This document shows, piece after piece, positions 37,173 through 47,607 of a DNA stretch of 64,000 bases (the first letter of the stretch is position 1; each line of letters opens with the position of its first letter). Position numbers and translations under genes: made by a program. Source of the stretch: Acidimicrobiia bacterium (GTDB lineage: Bacteria > Actinomycetota > Acidimicrobiia > Spongiisociales > ZC4RG35); the NCBI GenBank assembly GCA_046484325.1, contig JAWOJB010000028.1:18269-82268 (forward strand). The letters are read 5' to 3'. Below the pieces are notes generated by a model. The model was not told the origin of the DNA and made no database searches. It saw only the letters and a list, made by a program, of their open reading frames with translations.

Positions 37173-39647
37173 GTGAGCCCGGTCCCCGCCGTCGACGACC
37201 GGCTGCCCGAACGCGCCCGCGTCGTCGTGGTCGGTGGCGGCATCATCGGGTGCAGCGTCGCCTACCACCTAGCCTGCGAGGGATGGGGCGACGTGCTGCT
37301 CCTCGAGCGCGATCGGCTGACCTCGGGGACCACCTGGCACGCAGCCGGCCTGATGGTCACCTTCGGCTCGACATCGCAGACCTCCACCTCGATGCGGATG
37401 TATACCCGCGACCTGTATGCCCGGCTCGAGTCGGAGACCGGCCTCGCCACCGGGTTCAAGCCGGTGGGCTTCGTGGAGCTGGCCACCGAGCCCGACCGTC
37501 TCGAGGAGTTTCGGCGGGTGGCGGCCTTCAACCGCCACTGCGGAGTCGACGTCCACGAGATCTCGGCGCGTGAGGTCGCCGACCTGTTCCCCCTCGCCCG
37601 CACCGACGACGTTCTGGCCGGCTTCTACGTCCCGGGTGACGGGCGAGTCAACCCGGTGGATGCGACCATGTCCCTCGCGATGGGGGCCCGCCTCCGGGGA
37701 GTGCAGGTGATCGAGGGGGTCCCGGTCACCGGGATCCTCTCCCAGAACGGGGCCGTGACCGGGGTCCGCACCTCCCGAGGCGACATCGAAGCCGAGTACG
37801 TCGTGAACTGCGCCGGGATGTGGGCGAGACAGCTCGGCGAGCTCGCCGGGGTCGAGGTGCCGCTCCAGGCGGCCGAGCACTACTACCTCATCACCGACCA
37901 GGTCCCCGGCATCTCCGGCTCGTGGCCGGTGATCGAGGACCCGGCGTCGTACGGCTACTACCGGGAAGAGGTGGGTGGCCTCATGATCGGCCTGTTCGAG
38001 CCGGTCTGCGCCCCCTGGAAGGTCGAGGGCGTGCCCGTCGACGCCTCCTTCGTCGAGATCCCCCCCGACTGGGACCGCATGGGCCCCTACGTCGAGAAGG
38101 CGATGGGCCGGGTCCCAATCGCCAAGGACCTCGGGATCCGGACCTTCTTCTGCGGCCCCGAGAGCTTCACTCCCGACCTCGCCCCGGTGGTAGGCGAGGC
38201 ACCCGAGCTCCGGAACTTCTTCGTGGCGGCGGGTCTCAACTCGATCGGGATCCTCACCGGCGGGGGCCTGGGCCGGCTCGTGGCCCGGTGGATCGTGGAC
38301 GGGCGGCCGGATGCCGACATCACCGGGATGAACATCGACCGGCTCCACCCGTATCAGTCCACCCCCCGCTACCGGGCGACCCGCACGGTGGAGTCTCTGG
38401 GCCTCGTCTACCAGTGCCACTACCCCTATCGGTCGATGCAGACCGCCCGGGGGGTCAAGCTGTCACCCCTTCATGGCCGATTGGCCGCACGCGGCGCCAT
38501 CTTCCGTGATGTGAGCGGTTGGGAGGGGGCCGACTGGTACTCGCCCACCGGGGCCGAGCCCGCCCCCGAGGCACTGTCGTGGGGGCGCCGCGACTGGTTC
38601 CGCCACTGGCAAGCCGAACACGAGACCGTACGCGGGGGTGTCGGGCTGATCGACATGTCGTTCATGTCGAAGTTCGGGGTGGAGGGCAGCGATGCCGGGC
38701 GCCTGCTGGAGTGGCTCTCGGCCAACCGGGTGGATGGCGATCCCGGGACGATCACCTACACCCAGTGGCTCAACGACGGCGGCACGCTCGAAGCCGACCT
38801 CACGGTCACCAAGCTCACGGGGGACCGCTTCCTGGTGGTGGCCACGGACACCGCCCACCGTCACGTCGAGACCTGGCTGCGCCGGCATGCAGGCGAGCTC
38901 GACGTGTCGATCACCGACCTGACCTCCGGGCTCGCCCAGATCAACCTCCAGGGTCCCGAGTCCCGGCATCTCCTCCAGGCCGCCACGTCGGTCGACCTCT
39001 CCAACGAGGCCTTCCCGTTTCGGGCAGCCCGTGAGATCGACGTGGGCTTCGCCAGGGTGCTCTGTGCTCGGATCACCTACGTGGGCGAACTGGGATACGA
39101 GCTATACGTACCGGCCGAGCAGGCGGTCCACGTCTACGACCGGATCGTGGCAGCCGGCGAGCGGTACGGGCTCCGGCACGTCGGGCTGAAGGCGCTGGGG
39201 AGCCTCCGGATGGAGAAGGGGTACCGGGACTACGGCCACGACATCGACAACACCGATACCGTCGACGAGGCGGGGCTGGGTTTCGCGGTCGCCATGGACA
39301 AGCCGGGCGGCTTCTTGGGCCGCCCGGCGGTGGAGGCCGCCAGGTCGGAGGGGCCGCCCACCCGACGGCTGGTCCAGATGCTCGTGAAGGACCCCGATCC
39401 GCTCATGTTCCACGCCGAGGTGGTGTGGCGCGACGGCGCGCCGAGTGGCTACGTGAGGGCAGCTTCGTACGGCTTCACCCTGGGCGGCGCCGTGGGGCTC
39501 GCCATGGTCGACGTGGGCGGTCGGCCGATCACCCAGGCTGCCCTCGACGGGGCCGCATGGGAGGTCGACATCGCCGGACGGCGACACCACGCCGTGGCCT
39601 CGATCCGACCGCTGTACGACCCGAGGGGTGACCGGGTTCGCGGATGA
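37173..39647 (+). CDS. FAD-dependent oxidoreductase with GcvT domain (sarcosine/dimethylglycine dehydrogenase-like)
   Basis: VVGGGIIG, SGTTWHAAG, GPESFTPD, ITYVGELGYE, LRMEKGY. Confidence 0.93.
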   Translation: MSPVPAVDDRLPERARVVVVGGGIIGCSVAYHLACEGWGDVLLLERDRLTSGTTWHAAGLMVTFGSTSQTSTSMRMYTRDLYARLESETGLATGFKPVGFVELATEPDRLEEFRRVAAFNRHCGVDVHEISAREVADLFPLARTDDVLAGFYVPGDGRVNPVDATMSLAMGARLRGVQVIEGVPVTGILSQNGAVTGVRTSRGDIEAEYVVNCAGMWARQLGELAGVEVPLQAAEHYYLITDQVPGISGSWPVIEDPASYGYYREEVGGLMIGLFEPVCAPWKVEGVPVDASFVEIPPDWDRMGPYVEKAMGRVPIAKDLGIRTFFCGPESFTPDLAPVVGEAPELRNFFVAAGLNSIGILTGGGLGRLVARWIVDGRPDADITGMNIDRLHPYQSTPRYRATRTVESLGLVYQCHYPYRSMQTARGVKLSPLHGRLAARGAIFRDVSGWEGADWYSPTGAEPAPEALSWGRRDWFRHWQAEHETVRGGVGLIDMSFMSKFGVEGSDAGRLLEWLSANRVDGDPGTITYTQWLNDGGTLEADLTVTKLTGDRFLVVATDTAHRHVETWLRRHAGELDVSITDLTSGLAQINLQGPESRHLLQAATSVDLSNEAFPFRAAREIDVGFARVLCARITYVGELGYELYVPAEQAVHVYDRIVAAGERYGLRHVGLKALGSLRMEKGYRDYGHDIDNTDTVDEAGLGFAVAMDKPGGFLGRPAVEAARSEGPPTRRLVQMLVKDPDPLMFHAEVVWRDGAPSGYVRAASYGFTLGGAVGLAMVDVGGRPITQAALDGAAWEVDIAGRRHHAVASIRPLYDPRGDRVRG

Positions 39648-39678
39648 TCCGGCGCCACCGACGGGTGGGAGTCAGCAC

Positions 39679-40941
39679 TCACTCGTCGGAAGCAGAGTGG
39701 CCGGTGACCGGTGTCGTCACGTCCACATCATCGGCGACGGCCTCGGGGCCCGGCTCATCGGACGGCCCTCCCCGGCCTGCACGCATGTGCTCGAGCCGGT
39801 CGGCCATGGTCCGTCGGGGCGGAGGGGGTCCGTCTGGATAGGGTTCCAGGTCGGCGAGTCGTGCCAGCACGTAGCGGAGCACCTCCCGCCCCGAGGCGAC
39901 CACCGGTACCGCCACGATCGCCCCGAGCACGCCGGCGGCGCTGAAGCCGACGAGGATCCCGACCAACACCGCCAGCGGCGACACGGCCATCGTCTCGCTC
40001 ATGACCCGCGGGGTGATGACGCTGCTCTCGAGCTGCTGGATGAGGATGTAGACGCCCACCACGATCATGGCGAAGACCAGGTTGCTCACCGAGAATCGGG
40101 TCGAACCCTGGAACAGTGCCACCGTGCCGGCGACCGCCCCGGCGAAGATCGGGCCGAAGGTCGGGACGATGTTGAAGAACCCGCCGATGATCCCGATGAT
40201 GAGAGCCCCGGGCAATCCCAGGATGAACATGGCGATCACGCTGATCACACCCACGATGAAGGCCACCGTGAGCTGACCCCGGAGGTAGTCGGTCCAGACC
40301 CGGGACATCCGGGCACCCAGGATTTGCATCTCGGGCTGGTAGGGCTCCGGCACGAGCGAGTATGCGCTCTGGCGGGCACCGTGGGCTCCGAGCGCCAGAT
40401 AGATCGAGATGATCAACGCCATCAGGCTGCTCGTGATGAACCCGATGATCCCGGTGAACACGGCCCCCGTGACGCTCCACGCCCCCGAGAAGAGCGAGCC
40501 GAGATCGAAGTCGAACCCGCCCCCACCGGACTCGATCGCCTCGATGATCGGATCGATCGACGAGCTCAGGTCGATGGTGGCTCCGAGGAAGACGATGGTT
40601 CGGAACGACGACAGCGTCCCGACAATCCACTCCGAGAACGAGGTGGCGATCTCGGTGAGATCGAGCGCCGCCGCCGATCGGACGAGTGCCGGTACCAAGA
40701 CGATGGGGATGGCAACGAGCACGCCGAGCAGCAGCAGATAGGTGACCGCCACTGCCAGAGCCCTGGGAAGCCGCAACCGACGGTGCAAGACCTCGATGAG
40801 CGGACTCAACACCAGCGTCAACAGTGCGCCGATCACGACCGGGGCGAGGATCCCCCTGGCGAGGTAGACCACGAACCCGCCGACGACGATGAGACCAACG
40901 ACCACGAGACGCTTGGTGGTGGGGCTCCACGAAGTGGACAT
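39679..40941 (-). CDS. AI-2E family transporter
   Basis: YLRGQL, NIVPTFGP, QQLESSVITPRVM, GAIVAVPV. Confidence 0.9.
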   Translation of the reverse strand: MSTSWSPTTKRLVVVGLIVVGGFVVYLARGILAPVVIGALLTLVLSPLIEVLHRRLRLPRALAVAVTYLLLLGVLVAIPIVLVPALVRSAAALDLTEIATSFSEWIVGTLSSFRTIVFLGATIDLSSSIDPIIEAIESGGGGFDFDLGSLFSGAWSVTGAVFTGIIGFITSSLMALIISIYLALGAHGARQSAYSLVPEPYQPEMQILGARMSRVWTDYLRGQLTVAFIVGVISVIAMFILGLPGALIIGIIGGFFNIVPTFGPIFAGAVAGTVALFQGSTRFSVSNLVFAMIVVGVYILIQQLESSVITPRVMSETMAVSPLAVLVGILVGFSAAGVLGAIVAVPVVASGREVLRYVLARLADLEPYPDGPPPPRRTMADRLEHMRAGRGGPSDEPGPEAVADDVDVTTPVTGHSASDE

Positions 40942-41011
40942 GGGATCAGCGTACCGGTGCGGCCCTCGACGCAACGGCCGGGCCTCGGCACACCCTGCCG
41001 GCGTGCGGCCG

Positions 41012-43204
41012 TCAGCCGAACGTGCCCGACACCGGGAGCCAGGACGGGTTGCCGAGGTACAGCGAGCGATCGGCGACACCCTGGGTGTTGGTGTGCCGGA
41101 AGAAGAAGCGGGCCTCGGAAGGCCGGAAGAGCGCCGGCGTCGAGAACCCGGCGCCAGTCCAGTCGCCCGCGACCAGACGATCCTGCGGGTCGCCGAAGAG
41201 GAACTGGAGGTCCGCCACGCCTTGGGTGTGTGAGTTCCGGAAATACACGAGACCGGTGCTCTCACGGTGGAGCCCGATCGTGTCGACGCCGTCGCCATCG
41301 AAGTCGCCGGCGAACGGCTTGTCGCCGGGGTTGCCGAAGTAGTAGCTCACCTCGGCGGCCCCCAGACCGGCACTCCCAGACCCCAGTCGGTTGACGATGT
41401 AGACGCGCCCCTCGCTCGGGCGGTACAGGGAGACCGTGTCACAGCCGTCTCCGTTGAAATCGCCGGCGATGGGGATGTCGCCAGGGTTCCCGAAGTAGAA
41501 ACGGACGTCGGCGATCCCCTGCGTGTTCGAGTTGCGGAGATACACGTACCCGTCCGACCGCCGGTAAAGGCCGGGCGTGTCGATTCCGTCACAATCCCAG
41601 TCGCCCATGAACGGGGTGTCGCCGGGCACGCCGTAGTAGAAGGATTCGACCGAGTCGCCTCGCCTGAGGTGCCAGATGCCCTGGCTCGGGTCGACGAGGC
41701 CGACGTCCTCACGGGCGGGCCCAAAGCGGAAGTCGCGACCGGTAGCGTACTTGAGCAACACCGCGTCGCCCGCCTCGAGCACGATGTCGGAGCGCCGTCG
41801 GGTGCCGCCGAGGTCGGCGAGAGGGAGGTCAGCGCGTACCCCGTCCACCGATCGGAGCACTCGGATTCGCCCAGGATCCATACCGGCCGGTGCCCCGGCG
41901 AAGTCAAAGGTGAGCTGGATGGTGCCCACCGAGTCCGACCCGGGGAGGGGTGGATTGGGCCGCCGAGTCGAGTGGGTGTGGCGGGCGTTCTGCACCATCA
42001 CGTAGCGCTCGCCGGACTCGTCGACGAAGAAGCCGAGGAGGATCTCGAGCGGCGGCTGGCCGGGGGCCGGTGCAACACCGACCAGGAAGGGATCGCCTCC
42101 GGCTCCGGGCGACCAGGGTGCGGTGTCGATGGGCTGTTCGCTCAACGGGTGCTCGGCGCGGATGAACCGGACGTCGGTGGAGGTGAGCCGGGTCACCCCC
42201 TTGCCGAGGTTGGCCAGACGCCGGTTTATCTCGGCCACGACGCCATGCATCGGGGTGGGGGCGGCGTCCCAGGTCCCGGTCGGCTGCAGCAGGATCGAGC
42301 CGCCCCAGTCGGTCGCCGACTCGTGACCCACCGCCGCTGCCTGATAGATGAACCAGAAGTGTCCCGTGTACCCGTAGGTGAGCCCGGCCATCGCCTGCCA
42401 CAGGAGGTCGGATCGGGTGTGAGTCGGCTGACAGTCGGTCTCCTGTCCGATGTAGGCATTGAGGTACTGCCAGTAGGGCACCCCCTTCGCCAACCCGGCA
42501 CGGCGGAAGGTCTCCAGCACCGTGTAGTGCGACGCCTCGAAGTTGTAGTCGCCGGTGAGGACGATGTCCGCGTCGACCGAGGTGACGTAGCGGGCGACCA
42601 GGTCGTGGACGTCGGGGACCCAGTAGGTCAGGTTCGTGAAGAGGAGCGCGCCGGCATCGAACGCCCGCACTCGGTCGATCCCGGCTGCCACCTGGTCCAT
42701 CTGGGCCACGGTGTTGGGCTCGTCGCCCACCTGGAACCCACGTCGTCCCGGTGTGCCTGGCCCGAGGCCGCCGATCACCCGACCCGTGTCGGCGAACCCC
42801 GATCCGGTCCACGCCAGCGAGGTGCCGTCCGGCGACAGCCAGGTGACAAAGCCCATGCCCCGGCGATGGCGCAGCCATGACTCGACCTGTTCCGGCCCGT
42901 CCATCCACTGGTGGACGACGTTCGCCCCGAACCCGTCGACGTATCGGTCCACGACGGTGCGGGGCGGATTGGGCACGGTGGCCACGAGGGCGGAGATGGG
43001 CATCGGATGACGGCGGAGGAACTCGTGCCCCCTCGTGCCCGGGTGGGCGGCCTGCGGGTAGAGGGGCGCGGGCCGGATCGAGGTGGCCTCGAGGGTGCCA
43101 GGGCAGGGGGGCACCTGGCCTTCGGCTCCGGGCCCGGGCCCGACCACGAAGGCGATCCCGAGCAGGACCACGGCGAGCCATCGCAGGCGATTGCCGGGCG
43201 ACAC
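41012..43204 (-). CDS. Secreted protein with putative glycoside-hydrolase-like domain and C-terminal FG-GAP-like repeats
   Basis: Signal peptide from GTG 43204; QVGDEP and WQAMAGLTYGYTGHFWF; repeats of YFGNPGDxPxAGDFxGDG. Confidence 0.8.
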   Translation of the reverse strand: MSPGNRLRWLAVVLLGIAFVVGPGPGAEGQVPPCPGTLEATSIRPAPLYPQAAHPGTRGHEFLRRHPMPISALVATVPNPPRTVVDRYVDGFGANVVHQWMDGPEQVESWLRHRRGMGFVTWLSPDGTSLAWTGSGFADTGRVIGGLGPGTPGRRGFQVGDEPNTVAQMDQVAAGIDRVRAFDAGALLFTNLTYWVPDVHDLVARYVTSVDADIVLTGDYNFEASHYTVLETFRRAGLAKGVPYWQYLNAYIGQETDCQPTHTRSDLLWQAMAGLTYGYTGHFWFIYQAAAVGHESATDWGGSILLQPTGTWDAAPTPMHGVVAEINRRLANLGKGVTRLTSTDVRFIRAEHPLSEQPIDTAPWSPGAGGDPFLVGVAPAPGQPPLEILLGFFVDESGERYVMVQNARHTHSTRRPNPPLPGSDSVGTIQLTFDFAGAPAGMDPGRIRVLRSVDGVRADLPLADLGGTRRRSDIVLEAGDAVLLKYATGRDFRFGPAREDVGLVDPSQGIWHLRRGDSVESFYYGVPGDTPFMGDWDCDGIDTPGLYRRSDGYVYLRNSNTQGIADVRFYFGNPGDIPIAGDFNGDGCDTVSLYRPSEGRVYIVNRLGSGSAGLGAAEVSYYFGNPGDKPFAGDFDGDGVDTIGLHRESTGLVYFRNSHTQGVADLQFLFGDPQDRLVAGDWTGAGFSTPALFRPSEARFFFRHTNTQGVADRSLYLGNPSWLPVSGTFG

Positions 43205-43276
43205 CGGGGGAACCCTAGGCAGAGCCGTGGGGGGTGCCAACCGAGGCGGCAGGATGGGATCCGGCCGATTCTGCCG

Positions 43277-44302
43277 TCAGGCTCGGCGCACCAATGGTGC
43301 CACCTTCGTGCCCAGCAATTCGATGGAGCGGAGAACCTGGTCGTGTGGGAGTGTCCCGACGCTGATGTGGAGCATGAACCGGTCGATCCCGAGGATCTCC
43401 CTCCACCGGAGGATCTTGGCGGCCACCGCCTCGGAGTCGCCCAGGACCAGCGATCCTGCCGGGCTGCGCATGGTCTCGTACTGGAGCCGGGTCATGGCGC
43501 CCCACCCCCGCTCTCGGCCGATCTGGCTCATCGCCACGGCGTACGGGTCGTAGTACTCCTCGGCCGCCTGCTCCGACGAATCGGCGACGTACCCGTGGGC
43601 GTGCACCGCCAGCGGGGCCACGGCGGGATCGTGCCCGGACTCGGCGAGCGATCGGCGGTGGAGGTCGGCCAGGACGGCGAAGCGATCGGGGCTCCCGCCG
43701 ATGATGGCGAGTGCCACCGGAAGACCCCTCGTCCCCGCCCGCACGATCGACGGGGGACTCCCGCCCACCGCCACCCAGATCGGGAAGGGCTCCTGCTGGG
43801 GCCGTGGAAAGACGGGCTGACCCTCGAGCGGGGCGCGGAACCTGCCCGACCAGGTCACCCTCTCCCGGTCGCGGATCGCCAGCAGCAGGTCGAGCTTCTC
43901 GGCGAACAACTCCTCGTAGTCGGACAACGAATACCCGAACAGTGGGAAGGACTCGATGAACGATCCCCGGCCCACGAGGAGCTCGGCCCGGCCGGACGAG
44001 AGCAGGTCGAGCGTGGCGTACTGCTGGAACACCCGCACCGGGTCATCCGAGGACAGGACCGACACCGCCGGGGTGAGCCGGATCCGGTTCGTGCGACCCG
44101 CCGCCGCCGCCAGCACCACGGCCGGGGCGGACGCCGCAAAGTCGGGCCGGTGGTGCTCCCCCACCCCGTAGACATCGAGGCCGACCTGCTCGGCCAGCTC
44201 GACCTCGGCCAGCACCTGGCGCAAACGCTCACCGTGTCCGATCGTCTGGCCGGTGACCGGATCGGGGTACGTCTCTGCGAAGGTGGTGATCCCGAGTTCC
44301 AT
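43277..44302 (-). CDS. LLM class flavin-dependent oxidoreductase
   Basis: MELGITTF, GVGEHHRPDF, VLSSDDPVRV, GRGSFIESFPLFGY. Confidence 0.93.
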   Translation of the reverse strand: MELGITTFAETYPDPVTGQTIGHGERLRQVLAEVELAEQVGLDVYGVGEHHRPDFAASAPAVVLAAAAGRTNRIRLTPAVSVLSSDDPVRVFQQYATLDLLSSGRAELLVGRGSFIESFPLFGYSLSDYEELFAEKLDLLLAIRDRERVTWSGRFRAPLEGQPVFPRPQQEPFPIWVAVGGSPPSIVRAGTRGLPVALAIIGGSPDRFAVLADLHRRSLAESGHDPAVAPLAVHAHGYVADSSEQAAEEYYDPYAVAMSQIGRERGWGAMTRLQYETMRSPAGSLVLGDSEAVAAKILRWREILGIDRFMLHISVGTLPHDQVLRSIELLGTKVAPLVRRA

Positions 44303-44331
44303 CGTCGACTCCATGGGGTTCGACCGATGAG

Positions 44332-44357
44332 AACCCCGGTAGACGGGCGGGGATTCC
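44332..44357 (-). promoter_or_regulatory. SigH/SigR-type ECF promoter
   Basis: GGAAT-N18-GTT directly upstream of the LLM gene. Confidence 0.65.
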
Positions 44358-44392
44358 CGGAACGGATCCGTCCGCTCGCCTGTCGGATCCCT

Positions 44393-45856
44393 TCAGCGCC
44401 CCGACGGAGTCGCGAGGTGCCGCGCCACCTGCTCGAGCTCGGCCGGCGTGGCGAGGACGGTGAGCCGGTCCCCCGCCTCGAGCACGGTGGGCCCCTGGGG
44501 AACAAGGACCTCCTCACCACGGGTCAGGAGCGCCACCCAGGTCCCGGGCGGGAGGTCGAGCTCGACCACCTGCCGCCCTACCGCCCACGAGTCCGGCGGG
44601 ACGACGGCCTGGCCGAGCAGCCGCCCGGTGATCCCGCCCACCATGATCTCTTCACGCTCGCCCGTCCGATCGGGGCCGGGAGCCTCGAGGCCGAGGAATC
44701 GGGCGACCGGCGGGATGGTCGTCCCCTGCAACGCCACCGAAAGGAACACGACGAAGAACACGGCGTTGAAGATGGTGTCGGCGCCCTGCACCCCGGCAGC
44801 CAGCGGGAAGGTGGCGAGGATGATCGGGACGGCACCCCGGAGACCGACCCACGAGACCAGCCAACGCTCCCGTGCATTCCACGACCTCCCGAGCAACGAC
44901 AGCCACACCGCCACCGGCCTGGCCACCAGCATGAGGACCGCAGCGAGCGCCAGGCCCGGTCCGGCCACCGACGGCAGCTGGGAGGGGAAGACGAGCAGCC
45001 CGAGGATCAGGAACATGGCGATCTGCATGAGCCAGCCGATGCCGTCATGGAATCGGGTCAGGCTCCGCTTGTGGATGAACCGATGGCGAGCCATGGTGAT
45101 CCCCGCCAGGTACAGGGCGAGGAACGGGCTCCCCCCCACGGCCGCGGTCGTCGAGAAGATGCCGAGGACGATCGCCACGGTGAGGACGGGGTAGAGCCCC
45201 TCGTACTCCAGCCGGAGCCAGTTGACGAGCCGCACCGCCAGCAAGGCCAGCACGATCCCGGTGACCGCCCCAAGGGTCATCTGGCGGACGAAGAGCCAGG
45301 CGAACCCGACGACCGACGCATCCGGCTGGGTGACGAGGGCGGTGAAGCCGATGGTGAGGAAGACGGCCATCGGGTCGTTGCTGGCCGACTCCAACTCGAG
45401 GAGCGGCCGCAGCCTGCCGCGCAGGCCCATTCCCCGGGACCGCAGCACCGAGAACACGGCGGCGGCGTCGGTCGAGGAGATGATCGCGCCGACGAGCAGG
45501 CCCAGGGCGATCGGGATGTCGAAGATGACCGATGCCGCCAAGCCCGCCACGAGGGCGGTGATCACGGTGCCGGCGGTGGCGAGTACCACCCCCGGCCCGA
45601 GCACCGGGCGAACGGCGTGCCAGCGTGTGTCGAGACCACCCGCAAACAGGATGAAGGCGAGGGCAATCGAGCCGACCTCGGACGCCAGCTCGGCGTCGGT
45701 GAACTCGATGCCTCCCGGGCCGTCCGAGCCGGCGAGCATCCCGAGGGCGAGGAACAGCAGGAGCGCGGGGATGCCGAACCTGCCCGAAACCTTCCCGCCC
45801 ACCACGCTGAACAGCAGGAGGATGGCGACGACGAACAACGGCCCGATCGGTGGCAT
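44393..45856 (-). CDS. cvrA: Potassium/proton antiporter (NhaP2/CvrA) with TrkA-C domain
   Basis: ILFAGGLDT, SSTDAAAVFS, ELESASNDPMA, WVGLRGAVPI. Confidence 0.92.
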   Translation of the reverse strand: MPPIGPLFVVAILLLFSVVGGKVSGRFGIPALLLFLALGMLAGSDGPGGIEFTDAELASEVGSIALAFILFAGGLDTRWHAVRPVLGPGVVLATAGTVITALVAGLAASVIFDIPIALGLLVGAIISSTDAAAVFSVLRSRGMGLRGRLRPLLELESASNDPMAVFLTIGFTALVTQPDASVVGFAWLFVRQMTLGAVTGIVLALLAVRLVNWLRLEYEGLYPVLTVAIVLGIFSTTAAVGGSPFLALYLAGITMARHRFIHKRSLTRFHDGIGWLMQIAMFLILGLLVFPSQLPSVAGPGLALAAVLMLVARPVAVWLSLLGRSWNARERWLVSWVGLRGAVPIILATFPLAAGVQGADTIFNAVFFVVFLSVALQGTTIPPVARFLGLEAPGPDRTGEREEIMVGGITGRLLGQAVVPPDSWAVGRQVVELDLPPGTWVALLTRGEEVLVPQGPTVLEAGDRLTVLATPAELEQVARHLATPSGR

Positions 45857-45929
45857 TGGCGAGGCACCTCGACGGTGGAGTGCCGATCCTATCCGACCGC
45901 CCCGGCCGGATCTCGGCCCCTCGGCCGGG

Positions 45930-47558
45930 CTAGGGGACGACTCGGCGGCGCCCGGCCCGATATCGGCGGATGAGGGCGTTGGTCGAGGCGTCGTGAGAGA
46001 GCTTCGGCTCGGCGTCGGCGGTGAGCTCGCCGATGATCGTGCCGGCCATGGCCTTGCCCAGCTCGACTCCCCATTGGTCGAACGAGTTGATCCCCCACAC
46101 GACGCCCTGGGTGAACACCTTGTGCTCGTAGAGGGCGATCAGCTGACCGAGGACCGCGGGGGTGAGCCTGGGGCCGAGGATCACCGAGGTCGGCCGGTTC
46201 CCGGGGAAGGAACGGTGGGGGACGAGCTCGGGCGCGACGCCCGCCGCCGCCACCTCCTCCTCCGTCCTTCCGAAGGCGAGCGCCTCCGCCTGCGCAAACA
46301 GGTTGCCGATCAAGAGGTCGTGCTGGCCTCCGAGGTCGGCGGCCGGCTCGATGAACCCGATGAGGTCGGCGGGGATCACGGTGGTTCCCTGATGAAGCAA
46401 CTGATAGAAGGCGTGCTGGCCGTTGGTCCCGGGCTCGTCCCACACGACCGGGCCGGTGTCCAGGTCGACCGGGGAACCGTCGATGCGGACCCGCTTGCCG
46501 TTCGACTCCATGTCGAGTTGCTGCAGATAGGCGGGGAACCGCTCCAGATCCTGGGCATACGGAAGCACGGCGTAGGTCGGATAGGCCAGCACGTTGCGAT
46601 ACCAGATCCCGATGAGCCCGAGGAGAACCGGCAGGTTCTGCTCGAAAGGCGCGCGTCGGAAGTGGATGTCGACCGCCCGAAAGCCGGCGAGCATGTCCGT
46701 GAAGGCGTTGGGGCCGATGGCGATCATGAGCGAGAGGCCGATCGCCGAGTCCATCGAGTAGCGCCCGCCCACCCAATCCCAGAACCCGAACATGTTGGAG
46801 GGGTCGATCCCGAAGGACGAGACCTCCTCGGCGTTCGTCGACACGGCCACGAAATGACGGGTCACCGCTCGCTCGTCGCCCAGCGCCCCGACCAGCCATG
46901 CCCGGGCGCTGCGAGCGTTGGACAGTGTCTCCAGGGTGGTGAAGGTCTTCGAGGCGACGACGAAGAGCGTCGACGCGGCATCGACGTCGGCGAGCACCGC
47001 TGCGAGTTGGGCCGGATCGATGTTCGAGACGAACCGGCACTCGATCTCGGGATGGACGTACGGTCGCAGCGCCCGGTAGGCCATGGCCGGGCCGAGGTCC
47101 GATCCACCGATCCCGATGTTGACGACGTAGCGAATCCGATTCCCGGTGTGACCGGTCCACGCCCCCGACCGGACCCGCTCGGCGAAGTCGGCCATCCGGC
47201 CCAGTACCTCGTGCACGTCCGGCACCACGTCGGTCCCGTCGACGGTGAACCGGTCGCCCGGCGCCGCCCGCAGCGCGGCATGAAGAGCGGGACGGCCCTC
47301 GGTGGGGTTGACGCGCTCGCCTTCGAACATGGCCTCGATCCGCTCGGCCAGTCCCGCCCGGCGGGCCACGGCGGCGAGCAAGGCGATCGTCTCGTCCCCG
47401 ACGAGGTGTTTCGACAGGTCGGCCACCAGGTCGCCTGCCTCGACCGTGAGGCGGCCGGCTCGATCCGGGTCCTCGGCAAACGCCCGCCGCAGGTCGACCG
47501 CCTGATCGGCGTGTCCGACGAGGGCGTGCCACTCGGCGGTCTCGGTGATTCGGATCAT
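45930..47558 (-). CDS. pgi: Glucose-6-phosphate isomerase
   Basis: [45 protein letters not shown]. Confidence 0.97.
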   Translation of the reverse strand: MIRITETAEWHALVGHADQAVDLRRAFAEDPDRAGRLTVEAGDLVADLSKHLVGDETIALLAAVARRAGLAERIEAMFEGERVNPTEGRPALHAALRAAPGDRFTVDGTDVVPDVHEVLGRMADFAERVRSGAWTGHTGNRIRYVVNIGIGGSDLGPAMAYRALRPYVHPEIECRFVSNIDPAQLAAVLADVDAASTLFVVASKTFTTLETLSNARSARAWLVGALGDERAVTRHFVAVSTNAEEVSSFGIDPSNMFGFWDWVGGRYSMDSAIGLSLMIAIGPNAFTDMLAGFRAVDIHFRRAPFEQNLPVLLGLIGIWYRNVLAYPTYAVLPYAQDLERFPAYLQQLDMESNGKRVRIDGSPVDLDTGPVVWDEPGTNGQHAFYQLLHQGTTVIPADLIGFIEPAADLGGQHDLLIGNLFAQAEALAFGRTEEEVAAAGVAPELVPHRSFPGNRPTSVILGPRLTPAVLGQLIALYEHKVFTQGVVWGINSFDQWGVELGKAMAGTIIGELTADAEPKLSHDASTNALIRRYRAGRRRVVP

Positions 47559-47607
47559 CGCTTGCCTCCTCGCCCCCCGGGTTGGGCTCGAGCGGTGGTC
47601 GAGCCGG

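Noticed and set aside
41100-41650. CRISPR-like periodic DNA
   Set aside because: Periodicity comes from protein repeats inside a CDS; no identical repeats or cas genes
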